Of a DNA stretch of 64,000 nt, positions 10,303 to 19,722 are shown piece by piece (the first letter of the stretch is position 1; the number at the start of each line of letters is the position of its first letter). A program made the position numbers and the translations under genes. Source of the DNA: an uncultured Actinomycetota bacterium (GTDB taxonomy: Bacteria > Actinomycetota > Aquicultoria > JACQXZ01 > CAYGBL01); the NCBI GenBank assembly GCA_964348135.1, contig CAYGBL010000001.1, positions 22 through 64,021 of the forward strand. Reading direction: 5' to 3'. The notes under the pieces were generated by a model that had not been told where the DNA came from, made no database searches, and saw only the letters and a program-made list of their open reading frames with translations.

Positions 10303-10904
10303 GACGGATTTGGGGTGTTACTGGGAACTCCTCTTTTTTGTCATTGTAATCCCAAGTCCCTCGAATATTATTATATCTAGCCAGACGGACCAGCAGCCGG
10401 TATTTAACCCTGGATAAAGATGTTTCTGTTAACGGTGGGACCTCTACTGTCATTAAGTCATTTGCGGTTAATCTGAAACTTGCAAAATTTCCTGCACTTT
10501 GGCATTTTTGGCAGTTCTGATGAATGGTTGCATACGGTTTCCGCGAATGTAGCCTTATGCATCCTGAAAAAGCGATTAACTGGGCAGCATGGCTCGAAAC
10601 ACTGCGGGATCAAATGCTGGCAGAGAGAAATAGGTTACTGGAATAATCATTTTACAGAAATTGATATCAATATAGGCAGCAGTGGGATACCGTACTTGAA
10701 TCTCTCCCGTCTATCCCGCAGCTCTTATCCGTAATTGGTAGAGCAGCGCGTTAATACTCAAAATGTCATTGCGACCCCGCTATAGCAGGGGAAGCAATCT
10801 CGTTTGTGCAATTATGTCCTGTCGCTTATAATACTTTACTCGCAACACTTATCAATCCAGTGTTAATATGATATACAGTTTCTGCACCAACTAATAATGA
10901 CAGG

Positions 10905-11462
10905 ATGAGAGGGGGAGATATGCAGACCAAAAGTATTAAAAAGTCAAAACTGATTTTAATCCAGGGTGATATTACCAAACAGGAAACAGAAGCAATTGTG
11001 AATGCTGCCAACAGTAGTCTGATGGGAGGGGGAGGAGTAGATGGAGCTATCCACCGAGCCGGAGGTCCCGCAATTCTTGAAGAGTGTAAAAAGATAGTAG
11101 CTAAGATCGGCAGCCTGCCCACTGGAGAAGCGGTAATAACCACAGGGGGAAATCTCGTGGCTAAATATGTAATTCACACCGTTGGCCCTGTCTGGGGAGC
11201 GGGAACCAGAAAAGAGCCCGAGCTCCTGGCAAACTGCTACAAGAACAGTCTAACTCAGGCAAAGGAGAAAGGAATAAAGACTATATCCTTCCCTTCCATA
11301 AGCACAGGGGTCTATAGGTACCCGGTAGATCAAGCTGCAACGATAGCAATTGAGACGGTCGCAGATTTTTTAAAGAATAACGGGATTGATGAAGTTTATT
11401 TTGTACTTTTTGACGACGGTACCTATCTAGCATACTCGCAAGCTCTATCCGGAATAGGCTAG
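10905..11462 (+). CDS. Macro-domain protein (O-acetyl-ADP-ribose deacetylase, YmdB-like)
   Basis: [34 protein letters not shown] macro domain signature; start may be second ATG at 10920 (after GAGGGGGAG). Confidence 0.85.
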   Translation: MRGGDMQTKSIKKSKLILIQGDITKQETEAIVNAANSSLMGGGGVDGAIHRAGGPAILEECKKIVAKIGSLPTGEAVITTGGNLVAKYVIHTVGPVWGAGTRKEPELLANCYKNSLTQAKEKGIKTISFPSISTGVYRYPVDQAATIAIETVADFLKNNGIDEVYFVLFDDGTYLAYSQALSGIG

Positions 11463-11500
11463 AGGATGGTACTGATAAAACCAAGAATGAGGAGGCTTAA

Positions 11501-11998
11501 ATGGCTGGAAAAACAGAAGGCAATTTAAAAGAAGCTTTTGCAGGTGAGTCGCAGGCAAATCAAAAGTATCTGGCTTTTTCGACGATAGCTGACAAGGAAG
11601 GCTACAGTCAGGTAGCTAAACTATTCAGAGCTGCAGCTGCGGCTGAGAGTGTGCATGCCCGGAATCATCTTATGGTAATGGCGCAGATTAAAGAGACCCG
11701 GAATAATATTAAGGCAGCCATAGATGGGGAAATGCATGAAAAACAGGTAATGTATCCTGAGTTTATCACGGCAGCAGAAGCGGAAGGAAATGATGATGCA
11801 GCAGAAACTTTTAAATTTGCGTTAGCCGTTGAGACAATCCACGCTGATCTTTACCAAAAAGCCCTCGATAATTTGGGAAAGAATGAGACTGTTGACTACT
11901 GGGTCTGCGGAGGCTGCGGAAATACGGTTGAAAAAGAACCACCCGATAAATGTCCTATATGCGGTGCTCCACGCTCTATGTTTAAGCTTATAAGCTGA
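11501..11998 (+). CDS. rbr: Rubrerythrin
   Basis: N-terminal ferritin-like di-iron domain (EAFAGESQANQKY...E..H) plus C-terminal rubredoxin-like CGGCG...CPICG. Confidence 0.9.
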   Translation: MAGKTEGNLKEAFAGESQANQKYLAFSTIADKEGYSQVAKLFRAAAAAESVHARNHLMVMAQIKETRNNIKAAIDGEMHEKQVMYPEFITAAEAEGNDDAAETFKFALAVETIHADLYQKALDNLGKNETVDYWVCGGCGNTVEKEPPDKCPICGAPRSMFKLIS

Positions 11999-12005
11999 GA
12001 TATTA

Positions 12006-12160
12006 TATAGTTATCGACAAGCCTGCTCTGAGCGAGGTCCAAGGGCTCGAACCATAGGTTATATATAGTTCTCGATTCACGAAGTGTATCCTGAGCATAG
12101 TCGAAGGACTCACTCGAACCATAAAAATTCTTATTCTCGGTCAGCCTGTTTGCTTTTAAC
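12006..12160. repeat. Intergenic dispersed repeat copy A (tandem of two ~62-bp units)
   Basis: ~85% identical over ~145 bp to 45381..45525; each copy is TATAGTT.TCGA...CCTG.GC.A.GTC.AAGG.CTC..GAACCATA unit repeated twice. Confidence 0.8.
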
Positions 12161-12295
12161 AAAAAAGTTGGACGGGAGATGATTCTCATACAAAGTTCGA
12201 CTTTGTGAAAATATACGGGCGATAGGAATAGTTCTGCAATTCAGTATTCTCGGATGTGTATATAAAAACGCTATAAAAACCAAAGGAGGAACGGA

Positions 12296-12466
12296 ATGAA
12301 AGACAGTGGAATTTCAGGTGGTATTTATGGTCTGGCTTTCATCGGAGCAGCTGTATATTACATCCAGAATGCGGCAACTTTCTGGATGGGCGTTCTTGGT
12401 TTCTTCAAAGCCCTTTTTTGGCCTGCTGTGCTGATGTATAAAGTGTTGGAGTTACTAAAAATGTAG
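12296..12466 (+). CDS. Small hydrophobic protein (56 aa, 2 predicted TM helices), not in ORF track
   Basis: ATG preceded by AAAGGAGGAAcggaATG; translation MKDSGISGGIYGLAFIGAAVYYIQNAATFWMGVLGFFKALFWPAVLMYKVLELLKM; stop codon embedded in an 8-bp inverted repeat ATGTAGAC...GTCTACAT. Confidence 0.4.
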   Translation: MKDSGISGGIYGLAFIGAAVYYIQNAATFWMGVLGFFKALFWPAVLMYKVLELLKM

Positions 12467-12571
12467 ACACTTTATTGATAAAAGGAAAGAGGATGAGGTC
12501 TACATTAAGTTCACAATGACATTTTAGGAGATTTTTCTGACTGCGGCCTGAAATAGCTATAATTGACAAGA

Positions 12572-13705
12572 CTAGGGCTGTCTTTTGATACATACAATAA
12601 TTATGTCATCAAGCTGATTTTTTGGATTATCTCCTCCAGCCTGTTTATAAAGACTATTTACAATTTTTTGTGGACTGGAATCTTTGCTATCATAAATAAA
12701 ACTCTCAAGCTTTTCAAATGTGCTGTCTTTAAAAGCAGAACTTCCAGTTACACCATCCGTTACTGCAAGCAAAATGTCCCCCGGAGCAAATGGCTCTATT
12801 TTTGATTCAATCTTTAAATCAAATTGTATTCCGATAGGCAACGCTTTTTGAGTGTTAAGTAGCGTGGCAGCGTTATTTTGTTTTGAGAAGAGTAGGGGCG
12901 ATTCATGACCAGCATTTATGTAAGTGATTGTTTTATCGTCTATAAAAGAACAAAAGAGAGTTACGAACATATCTTCAGGGAGTGAACCCTGCATCCGCAG
13001 GTTTATTTTCTGAATCAAAGCGGACAAGTCGGAAGACTCTGCAAGCGAGTCAACTATATTCTGGCTTAGAAGAGCAGAAAAAAGTGAAGCGGCAATGCTT
13101 TTTCCCGATATATCGGCTATACAAAAGAATAATTTATCTTCAGCAATGGAGAAACGATAGTAATCTCCACCTAGTTCATTTACGAAAGCAATTTTAGTTG
13201 CTATGGTTAGATCTTTATGTCTCTCTCTAAAGGGTAGGATAATTGATTTTTGAATTTCTTTGGCAATATTCAAATCCAAACTCCTTTTCTGTTCAAGCTC
13301 TCTAATTTTCCTGATCTGGCCAAATAATGCTCCAATGAGAAGTGCAATGAAGATGTATGCCAGGGAATGAAAAACTATGTCGACAGTTAATGTAGAGGGT
13401 CCTACCACCCTTAGAGTGTGGTAAGAAAATTCTGCGACGACGGAAATAGTGGCAATAAAAAATCCGTATCCAAAGCCAATGTAAAGTGTTGCAGGGATAA
13501 TTGGGATAAGATAGAGAATGGCAAAATCGGGTATACCGGTCAGCACATCAACCAGCCCGACCAACATTGCAAGTATAAGTGTTCCTATAGAAATTACCAT
13601 TCTAATTGTTTTTGACATTGGCAATAGTCCTTGCCGATTATGATACATGATATATGATGAAGGATACAGGGTGCAAACTATGAGAATCAGTGCAGAATTC
13701 AGCAT
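12572..13705 (-). CDS. SpoIIE/RsbU-type PP2C phosphatase with N-terminal multi-TM domain
   Basis: 4-5 TM helices then PP2C-like domain (FVNELGGDYYRF, DISGKS, INAGHESPLLF). True start may be internal (MSKTIRMV). Confidence 0.75.
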   Translation of the reverse strand: MLNSALILIVCTLYPSSYIMYHNRQGLLPMSKTIRMVISIGTLILAMLVGLVDVLTGIPDFAILYLIPIIPATLYIGFGYGFFIATISVVAEFSYHTLRVVGPSTLTVDIVFHSLAYIFIALLIGALFGQIRKIRELEQKRSLDLNIAKEIQKSIILPFRERHKDLTIATKIAFVNELGGDYYRFSIAEDKLFFCIADISGKSIAASLFSALLSQNIVDSLAESSDLSALIQKINLRMQGSLPEDMFVTLFCSFIDDKTITYINAGHESPLLFSKQNNAATLLNTQKALPIGIQFDLKIESKIEPFAPGDILLAVTDGVTGSSAFKDSTFEKLESFIYDSKDSSPQKIVNSLYKQAGGDNPKNQLDDIIIVCIKRQP

Positions 13706-14049
13706 AGTTCGTCATAATGATAGAGCTGGGGTAGAGGGTAGACAGCATAAAGATTAGGAAGAAATCAAAGGTTAACCAGTGCGGGGAATGATTTGTGCAT
13801 AGACGGATTACGGTATACGATACGTGAGGGAGGATAGTTGCGCAATAGATAATTATGTTTTATGAAATAAAGATAGGCAAAGGGGGGGTGGTCTAAATGG
13901 CAACCAACCAGGAAATTTATGAATCCGTGCAAGAAGTTGAAAAAGAGATTGAATAATTAAAGAGAATTATGATGCGGTTAGCTAAAACGGAGAAAGACTA
14001 ATTGCGAAAGGCTATTTGTCATGTTGGTAATTCCTGGTCTTTAAAAAGG

Positions 14050-14102
14050 TTGACGCATTAAATATTTTTAATTATTATATTAGTATATAATAATATAGTA
14101 AT
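14050..14102 (+). promoter_or_regulatory. Sigma70-like promoter (TTGACG-N17-TATTAT) followed by 10-4-10 imperfect inverted repeat, candidate ArsR/SmtB operator
   Basis: TTGACG 14050-14055, TATTAT 14073-14078; ATTAGTATAT/aata/ATATAGTAAT 14079-14102 lies between -10 and RBS of the ArsR gene. Confidence 0.4.
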
Positions 14103-14116
14103 TAAGGACAGGGGAT

Positions 14117-14446
14117 ATGGCTAAAAATATAACTGATACTAAAGCGGATTTCATAAAAGCTATTGCGAATCCCACAAGAATTGAAATTCTAGAAATCTTA
14201 AGAGAAGGCGAAAAATGTGTGTGTGAACTTATTCCAAAGTTAGGGTTGGAGCAGTCGAATGTCTCGCAACATCTTGGCATTTTAAGAGAGCAGGGAATTA
14301 TTGAGTACAGGAAAGAAGGACTGCAAGTTTATTACCGGATAAAAGATAGGAGAATCTTAAGGTTACTGGCTATAGTTGACGAGATTTTAGTGCGCAGACT
14401 GGAGGAGATGGAATCTACTCTGGGGATTTTGAGAGGAGCAAAGTAA
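14117..14446 (+). CDS. ArsR/SmtB family metalloregulator
   Basis: Winged HTH with ELCVCEL-type metal-binding site (KCVCELIP) and NVSQHLGILRE recognition helix. Confidence 0.85.
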   Translation: MAKNITDTKADFIKAIANPTRIEILEILREGEKCVCELIPKLGLEQSNVSQHLGILREQGIIEYRKEGLQVYYRIKDRRILRLLAIVDEILVRRLEEMESTLGILRGAK

Positions 14447-14447
14447 T

Positions 14448-15497
14448 TTGAGTCTGGTTGCAGTTCTCCTAAGCGGGTATCAAGCTCTGCTTGAATATGT
14501 TGTTGCTCACACCGTAACCTGTTTAATACCGGCTTTTTTTATTGCTGGTGCTATTGCTGCTTTTGTATCACAGCAATCAGTGATAAAATATTTTGGTCCC
14601 CAGACCAATAAAATGCAAGCGTATGGCGTAGCTTCAATTTCTGGAGCCATTTTGGCGGTATGCTCCTGTACTGTTCTCCCTCTATTTGCCGGAATCCATC
14701 GCAAAGGTGCCGGACTGGGACCTGCGATCGCATTTTTATATTCCAGTCCCGCAATAAACATTCTAGCGGTTACCTATACAGCTCAACTGCTGGGGTTTGA
14801 AATTGGTCTGGCGCGGGCAGTTGGAGCCGTTTCTTTTGCAGTAATCATAGGTTTGATAATGGCATCTGTTTTTAGAAGCGAAGCAAATGCAAAAGAGGTT
14901 AGCTCAGGTGCCCTAGCATTTGCTAATAATCCAGGGGAGACAAAAGATTGGCATAGACTAGCTTTTTTGATTCTTTTGATAGCCATACTTCTTACAGCAA
15001 CTTCCAAGCTTGGAGATGTCATTAAGGGGAGCATTGTTGCTGTAGAAATTCTTATGGTCATCTATGCTATAAAGTTCTGGTTTAAAAAAGAGGAGGTTTC
15101 TCTCTGGGTGCAGCAGACGTGGTCACTGGCGAAGTTGATAGTGCCCGTCCTTCTGGTTGGGGTCTTTCTTGCTGGTGTCATAAAAGCATTGCTTCCACCG
15201 GTTTGGGTAGCTCGCTTTGTTAGTGGGAACACAGTAATGGGCAACTTTATTGCTTCCTTCTCGGGAGCGCTTATGTACTTTGCCACCTTAACTGAAGTGC
15301 CCATAATTAGTACACTTATGGATTTAGGTATGGGAAAGGGCCCGGTACTGGCATTACTCTTAGCAGGCCCTGCATTAAGCCTTCCCAGTATACTTGCTAT
15401 CCAGCGGATTATTGGAACCAGAAAAACAGTTTCTTACGTGTTTTTAGTAGTTGTTTTCGCAACCGTAACAGGCCTTATTTTTGGGGCTATGGCCTGA
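14448..15497 (+). CDS. COG0701-family permease (ArsP/YraQ-like)
   Basis: ~8 TM; conserved CSC...P segment (AVCSCTVLP); immediately downstream of ArsR (1-bp gap) and upstream of thioredoxin-like protein, a recurrent trio. Confidence 0.65.
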   Translation: MSLVAVLLSGYQALLEYVVAHTVTCLIPAFFIAGAIAAFVSQQSVIKYFGPQTNKMQAYGVASISGAILAVCSCTVLPLFAGIHRKGAGLGPAIAFLYSSPAINILAVTYTAQLLGFEIGLARAVGAVSFAVIIGLIMASVFRSEANAKEVSSGALAFANNPGETKDWHRLAFLILLIAILLTATSKLGDVIKGSIVAVEILMVIYAIKFWFKKEEVSLWVQQTWSLAKLIVPVLLVGVFLAGVIKALLPPVWVARFVSGNTVMGNFIASFSGALMYFATLTEVPIISTLMDLGMGKGPVLALLLAGPALSLPSILAIQRIIGTRKTVSYVFLVVVFATVTGLIFGAMA

Positions 15498-15527
15498 AAG
15501 TTTGAATGAGAGAGAGGGAAAAAAAAG

Positions 15528-15767
15528 ATGAACATCAAGGTTTTAGGACCCGGGTGCAATAACTGTAGAACTCTTGAAGAAAGAACGAGAGAAGTACTCC
15601 AAGAGCTGAATGTCTCTGCGGCTGTTGAGCATATCCATGACGTTAATAAATTTATCGACTATAACGTTTTTATGACGCCGGGATTAGTTATAAATGAGAA
15701 ACTGAAAGTTTCTGGGCGTGTACCCTCAAAAGAGGAAATAAAGAGATGGATAGAAGAGGAGGTTTAA
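15528..15767 (+). CDS. Thioredoxin-fold 'redox-active disulfide protein 2' family
   Basis: 79 aa, MNIKVLGPGCNNC... (CxxC in thioredoxin-like context). Confidence 0.7.
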   Translation: MNIKVLGPGCNNCRTLEERTREVLQELNVSAAVEHIHDVNKFIDYNVFMTPGLVINEKLKVSGRVPSKEEIKRWIEEEV

Positions 15768-17410
15768 TTATCTCCCGATGCTGTCCATCCAACCAGAGTG
15801 ATATCGGATTCTTGCAGGATACGGTTTGCATTGGCGCCGTCGGATTGTGCGATGTTGAGACCATCTTCTTTCAAGAAAGCAATCCTGTTCGAGTCTGGTG
15901 AAAATCTTGGAGATGCGGCACTCTTTGCTATAATAACATTATCGCTATCTTCAAAATTAACCAAATATATATTTGACTGCTGCTTTTCAGTCTTTTCAAA
16001 AACTATGCTCCTGCCATTAGGCGACCAGGAAAATTCCACACAATTAGTAGCTATTTTTTTAAATTCGGTTCCATCCCGATCAATAATGTAGAGATGAGGA
16101 TTGTTAGAAGGTCCGGTTAAAGGTATCGCAGTAAAAGCAATCTTTACTCCTGGGTTCCATTTCAAATCCATTACTTTAATTTGAGACATTATTTGCTGCT
16201 CTTTGTTTCCCTCAATATCTGCAATAAAAATTCCTCCCGCGTCTTTGGTATATGCTATGTACAGGCCATCGGATGACCAGGAGCCGGTTTTGCCCAAGAC
16301 CAGCTTTTTAACAACTCCAGACGGGATATTCACCAAAAATAGGGCAGATTTTAAGGAGTCTTCTTCCAAAGCCGTAAAGAGTAGAGAATCTTCATTAGGA
16401 GACCAGCGAAGATTTTTAACCCAGGAAGAAGCTTTGTATGTAAATATTGTTATCTTTGTATTGAGATTCAAAACTTTTAGGGTATCTTTGTAAGCAAGAG
16501 CGAGCATATTTCCGCTGGTTGAAAGTGTGGCTTCAGTAATTGCCGCATCATCGAGAATCTTCTCTTTTTTACCCTCAGATGTCATACGGTATATAGTTTT
16601 ATCGCTGGCGATGATAAGAGATTCCGAAGAAGGTAATAATTCGCTTTGCTGAGAACCTGATTCGGTTTGAGAAATGGTTGAATCGGTTTCAGGGTTTGAT
16701 TCACTTTCTCCGGATGTGTCAGTAACGTTATTTTGTTTTGCAGTTTCTCCTGTTTCCTTGTCAATTGCAGGAGGGGATATGATAGGAGTTTCCTCCAAAC
16801 GGGAATTGTCTGCTTTAGGAGTAGATTTAGGTTTGACTACAACAAGTTCGATGCTGTTAAGTTCAACAACAATTCTAAGAGTATTGTCTGGCTTCACTTT
16901 CAACAGACCCGACCAATCTTCATAGTTATCCTTGCTTACCTTCAATTCGTATGAACCAGCAGCTATATCCTTTAAGCGAAGGGGAGTAGTGCCTTTAAAA
17001 GAAGTGTTGAGAAATACCTTAGCCTTTTCGGGAGCAGATATTACTTCAATGTTTCCGGACGGAGGATTAATAATCAGCTTTCTCATACCTGGGATAGCCA
17101 TAGCTATCCCGCTGAGTAGAAGAAGTGCAGCGAGCGAACTGGCAGTAATAATTCTTAGTCTTGTAAATCCAGGCCAAAGGGTTCTTAATGCAAACCTTGG
17201 GCGCTGATAGTGTTTCATCAGCTTTCTTTGCAGACTTGATTTAAAAGAAGGATTGAAGGTACTCTGATGGTTATTTAAACGATTAACCAGGTCAAGAAGC
17301 TCTCTCTCTTCACGATTGGTATCCGCCTTAGCATTTTCCAGCGTTATTTGACCGGATAATAACTGCTCAATTTTATTTATAAGCTCATCATTATTTTCGT
17401 GGTTGAACAT
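15764..17410 (-). CDS. Membrane-anchored anti-sigma-like protein with PEGA domain and TolB-like beta-propeller
   Basis: Cytoplasmic N-term, one TM (AALLLLSGIAMAIP), PEGA-like segment (GSYELKVSKDNYEDW), Ser/Thr-rich linker, C-terminal repeats (WSPNGRSIVF, FSPDSNRIAF); 20-bp overlap with upstream ECF sigma gene. Confidence 0.55.
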   Translation of the reverse strand: MFNHENNDELINKIEQLLSGQITLENAKADTNREERELLDLVNRLNNHQSTFNPSFKSSLQRKLMKHYQRPRFALRTLWPGFTRLRIITASSLAALLLLSGIAMAIPGMRKLIINPPSGNIEVISAPEKAKVFLNTSFKGTTPLRLKDIAAGSYELKVSKDNYEDWSGLLKVKPDNTLRIVVELNSIELVVVKPKSTPKADNSRLEETPIISPPAIDKETGETAKQNNVTDTSGESESNPETDSTISQTESGSQQSELLPSSESLIIASDKTIYRMTSEGKKEKILDDAAITEATLSTSGNMLALAYKDTLKVLNLNTKITIFTYKASSWVKNLRWSPNEDSLLFTALEEDSLKSALFLVNIPSGVVKKLVLGKTGSWSSDGLYIAYTKDAGGIFIADIEGNKEQQIMSQIKVMDLKWNPGVKIAFTAIPLTGPSNNPHLYIIDRDGTEFKKIATNCVEFSWSPNGRSIVFEKTEKQQSNIYLVNFEDSDNVIIAKSAASPRFSPDSNRIAFLKEDGLNIAQSDGANANRILQESDITLVGWTASGDN

Positions 17411-18056
17411 TCCTGGCTCCTATGCGATGGACGTTCTGAGTATCGGGCGAATATGGTAAAGCGGTTTTACTGCTGTCAAAATCACCAGCGTTTTCATCTT
17501 TGAGAATCTCTCTCAATATACGTAAAGCTCGATACAGTTTAGATCCAACTGTTCCTTCTTTAATATTTAGAATTTGGGCAATCTTCCTGTTGGTTAAACC
17601 AGCGCCAAATTTTAATGCAATTATTTCTTTTGCGCCCAGCGGTAAATCTTGAATGGCATTAATTAAATTCCAGCCTTCTTCTTTGTTAATTAGATTATCC
17701 TCAAGCAGATTACCGTCATCAACAACAAAACTGGCTCCTTCAGGGAGACTCTCCAAATAAATCGTACGGTTACCTTTATTCTTTCTAAAGAGATCGATGA
17801 TATTGTTTCTTGCAATTCGATAAAGCCAGGATGAGAAAGAAAAACCTTTCCAGGTAAACGTGGAGAGTTTTTCTAAAGCTTTGAGAAAGGTGAGTGAAAC
17901 AATTTCTTCAACTTCATTTTTGTTGGAAAGATGATAGCTGACATAAGAATATACTTTGGGGAAGTAATAATCATAAAGTTCGCTGAAGGCTGAAGCATCT
18001 CCCTTGGCCTGTTCCACAAGTCGTTCTTCAATTCGCGGATCCATATGGCTACTCAC
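17391..18056 (-). CDS. ECF-type RNA polymerase sigma-70 factor
   Basis: Region 2 (FLKALEKLSTF...WLYRIARNN) and region 4 HTH (LTNRKIAQILNIKEGTVGSKLYRALRIL). Confidence 0.85.
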   Translation of the reverse strand: MSSHMDPRIEERLVEQAKGDASAFSELYDYYFPKVYSYVSYHLSNKNEVEEIVSLTFLKALEKLSTFTWKGFSFSSWLYRIARNNIIDLFRKNKGNRTIYLESLPEGASFVVDDGNLLEDNLINKEEGWNLINAIQDLPLGAKEIIALKFGAGLTNRKIAQILNIKEGTVGSKLYRALRILREILKDENAGDFDSSKTALPYSPDTQNVHRIGARNVQPRK

Positions 18057-18272
18057 CTGTATTTCATCAGCTGAACTGTGAATAGAGATAGTTGCCGCTC
18101 AAAGAATCGAAAGTCCACATATTTAATAATTATAACGCACAGAAAGAAAATCTGTTGCCATAAGAGAGTGCATAATTTTGAAATGCAATACTTTTACATT
18201 GATTCGTTTTATTTGGTAGGTGGAACCGCGGAACATCAACGAATTTTGAAAAAAGGGGGGGTGTTATTTAAA

Positions 18273-19349
18273 ATGAAAAGACTAAGTATTTTGATTCTAT
18301 GCTTGCTGTTCAGTCTGAGTGCCACAGTTACCTATGGCGCAGTTCCCTATGAGGATAATTTCGAATCCTGGGTAAACCCTTACGTGGCAGACAGCTGGAC
18401 CTCATCGGAATTCGGAGGAGGTCCTGGGGATATCAACCATATATATGACAGTGGACAAGGAATCTCTTGTGGTGGCGATGGAGCTAATTATAAGAGTATC
18501 TATAGGGATGTAGCAGTATCGCAGGGCTATAGTTACAAAATTTCTGTTTGGGCAATCTCCAATGCTATGAACACTGAGGGTAAAGTTGATTCCAGTTACG
18601 TAAGAATGTGGGTTCAGTATGACCGGGAAGACGGCACAGTAATTTCTACACATGGTCAAAGCGGCACACAGGTTCCTGGTGCGGTTGAAGGAACAACAGA
18701 AGAACTTTTGGGTAGTACCTGGAAAAAGATGTACTTCATATCGGTTGCACCTGCTGGTTCACATCATGCCCGTATTGTATTGCAGGTTCTTGGTGGAAAG
18801 GGAGGAGGAGCAGTATTTCGTGGCCTCAACTTCTTTGATGTTTCGGACGGAACCGAGAAGAGAGTAATAGGAGAAAGTTTTGTCAGAAATACTGAATGGC
18901 GCAATGGAGTCGCACTTGCCTGGACTGCATATTCCTCCGGCGGAGGTCCGGGAGATTATAATCTTAGAGTAACTGGAGGGTCGGCTCAAGGTATTTCCTG
19001 CGGAGGAAATGGCACCAACTTTAAACAAATATATCGAGATTTTGAGGTAGCTGCTGGAGAAAAATATAGTGAAAAAATTGATGTTGTTTCCAATTCAACT
19101 AATGCAGCTGGTGCCTGGGACCCTTCATACGTGAAATTCTATCTGCAATTTCTGGACGATCAGGGAAGTGTATTAGAAACCCATACTAACGATGGTGCTA
19201 CTTTAGGAATAAGCGATCTTTACTATAAAACCGTTGAGCCTTTCAAAGACGTACTAGCTCCAGAAAAAACAGTGAAAGCTCGGGTAATACTGCGAGTTTA
19301 TGGTGGAAACGGCGGTGGGACTGTATTTGATAATTTCAGTCTTCAATAA
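18273..19349 (+). CDS. Secreted protein of two tandem ~165-aa beta-sandwich (CBM/galactose-binding-like) domains
   Basis: Likely start MKRLSILILCLLFSLSATVTYG (signal peptide) preceded by AAAAAGGGGGGGTG; the ORF-track start 18078 is an upstream in-frame extension. Two internal repeats share GGGPGD...QGISCGG.G.N(Y/F)K.IYRD...SYV..(W/Y).Q(Y/F).D..G.V...H...G......VL.V.GG.GGG.VF. Confidence 0.6.
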   Translation: MKRLSILILCLLFSLSATVTYGAVPYEDNFESWVNPYVADSWTSSEFGGGPGDINHIYDSGQGISCGGDGANYKSIYRDVAVSQGYSYKISVWAISNAMNTEGKVDSSYVRMWVQYDREDGTVISTHGQSGTQVPGAVEGTTEELLGSTWKKMYFISVAPAGSHHARIVLQVLGGKGGGAVFRGLNFFDVSDGTEKRVIGESFVRNTEWRNGVALAWTAYSSGGGPGDYNLRVTGGSAQGISCGGNGTNFKQIYRDFEVAAGEKYSEKIDVVSNSTNAAGAWDPSYVKFYLQFLDDQGSVLETHTNDGATLGISDLYYKTVEPFKDVLAPEKTVKARVILRVYGGNGGGTVFDNFSLQ

Positions 19350-19722
19350 AATCTAAAGTGAGAAAAATTAAAGCAAGATAAAAGAAGAGAGGGCTTACTC
19401 AAAAGTTACTGCGTACCTATTTTAAGGTAGCTATAAAGGGTGAGCCTTCTTGCATTTGGTAAAAATATACCTCCCATCTCTATGTATTTTATCCCAAAAT
19501 CTGAGCAGGACAGAACAAAAGCTTTTGACTAGAGTAAATTGACTAAATATTGTTATAATGAATGACAGCATATGGAGCTTTAGTGCAGGGTATTGACAAA
19601 GAATAATTAACGAAAGATTATTAAGTACGCTTCTACATCTGATGATTGTTGTACTAGGAAGATATTGAGAAAGTTGATAACATTACCTTAAGCTGATAGG
19701 GATTAGTTAAGGAGGTAATAGT

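Noticed and set aside
10700-10800. tRNA-like words (GGTAGAGCAGCGCG; CCCCGCTATAGCAGGGG hairpin) in the 600-bp dapA–macro spacer
   Set aside because: Could not fold a cloverleaf (no acceptor/T-arm); probably chance or a decayed fragment. The spacer also holds only a 58-codon minus ORF without support.
11896-12189. 97-aa minus-strand ORF containing 'FDYAQDTLRES' and 'LDLAQSRLV'
   Set aside because: Runs through the intergenic repeat element; the peptide reflects the repeat's internal duplication, not a gene.
18078-18272. Upstream extension of the secreted-protein ORF (MNRDSCRSKNRKS...)
   Set aside because: No RBS, crosses the sigma-factor promoter region; a signal-peptide start MKRLSIL with GGGGGGG RBS at 18273 is far more plausible.
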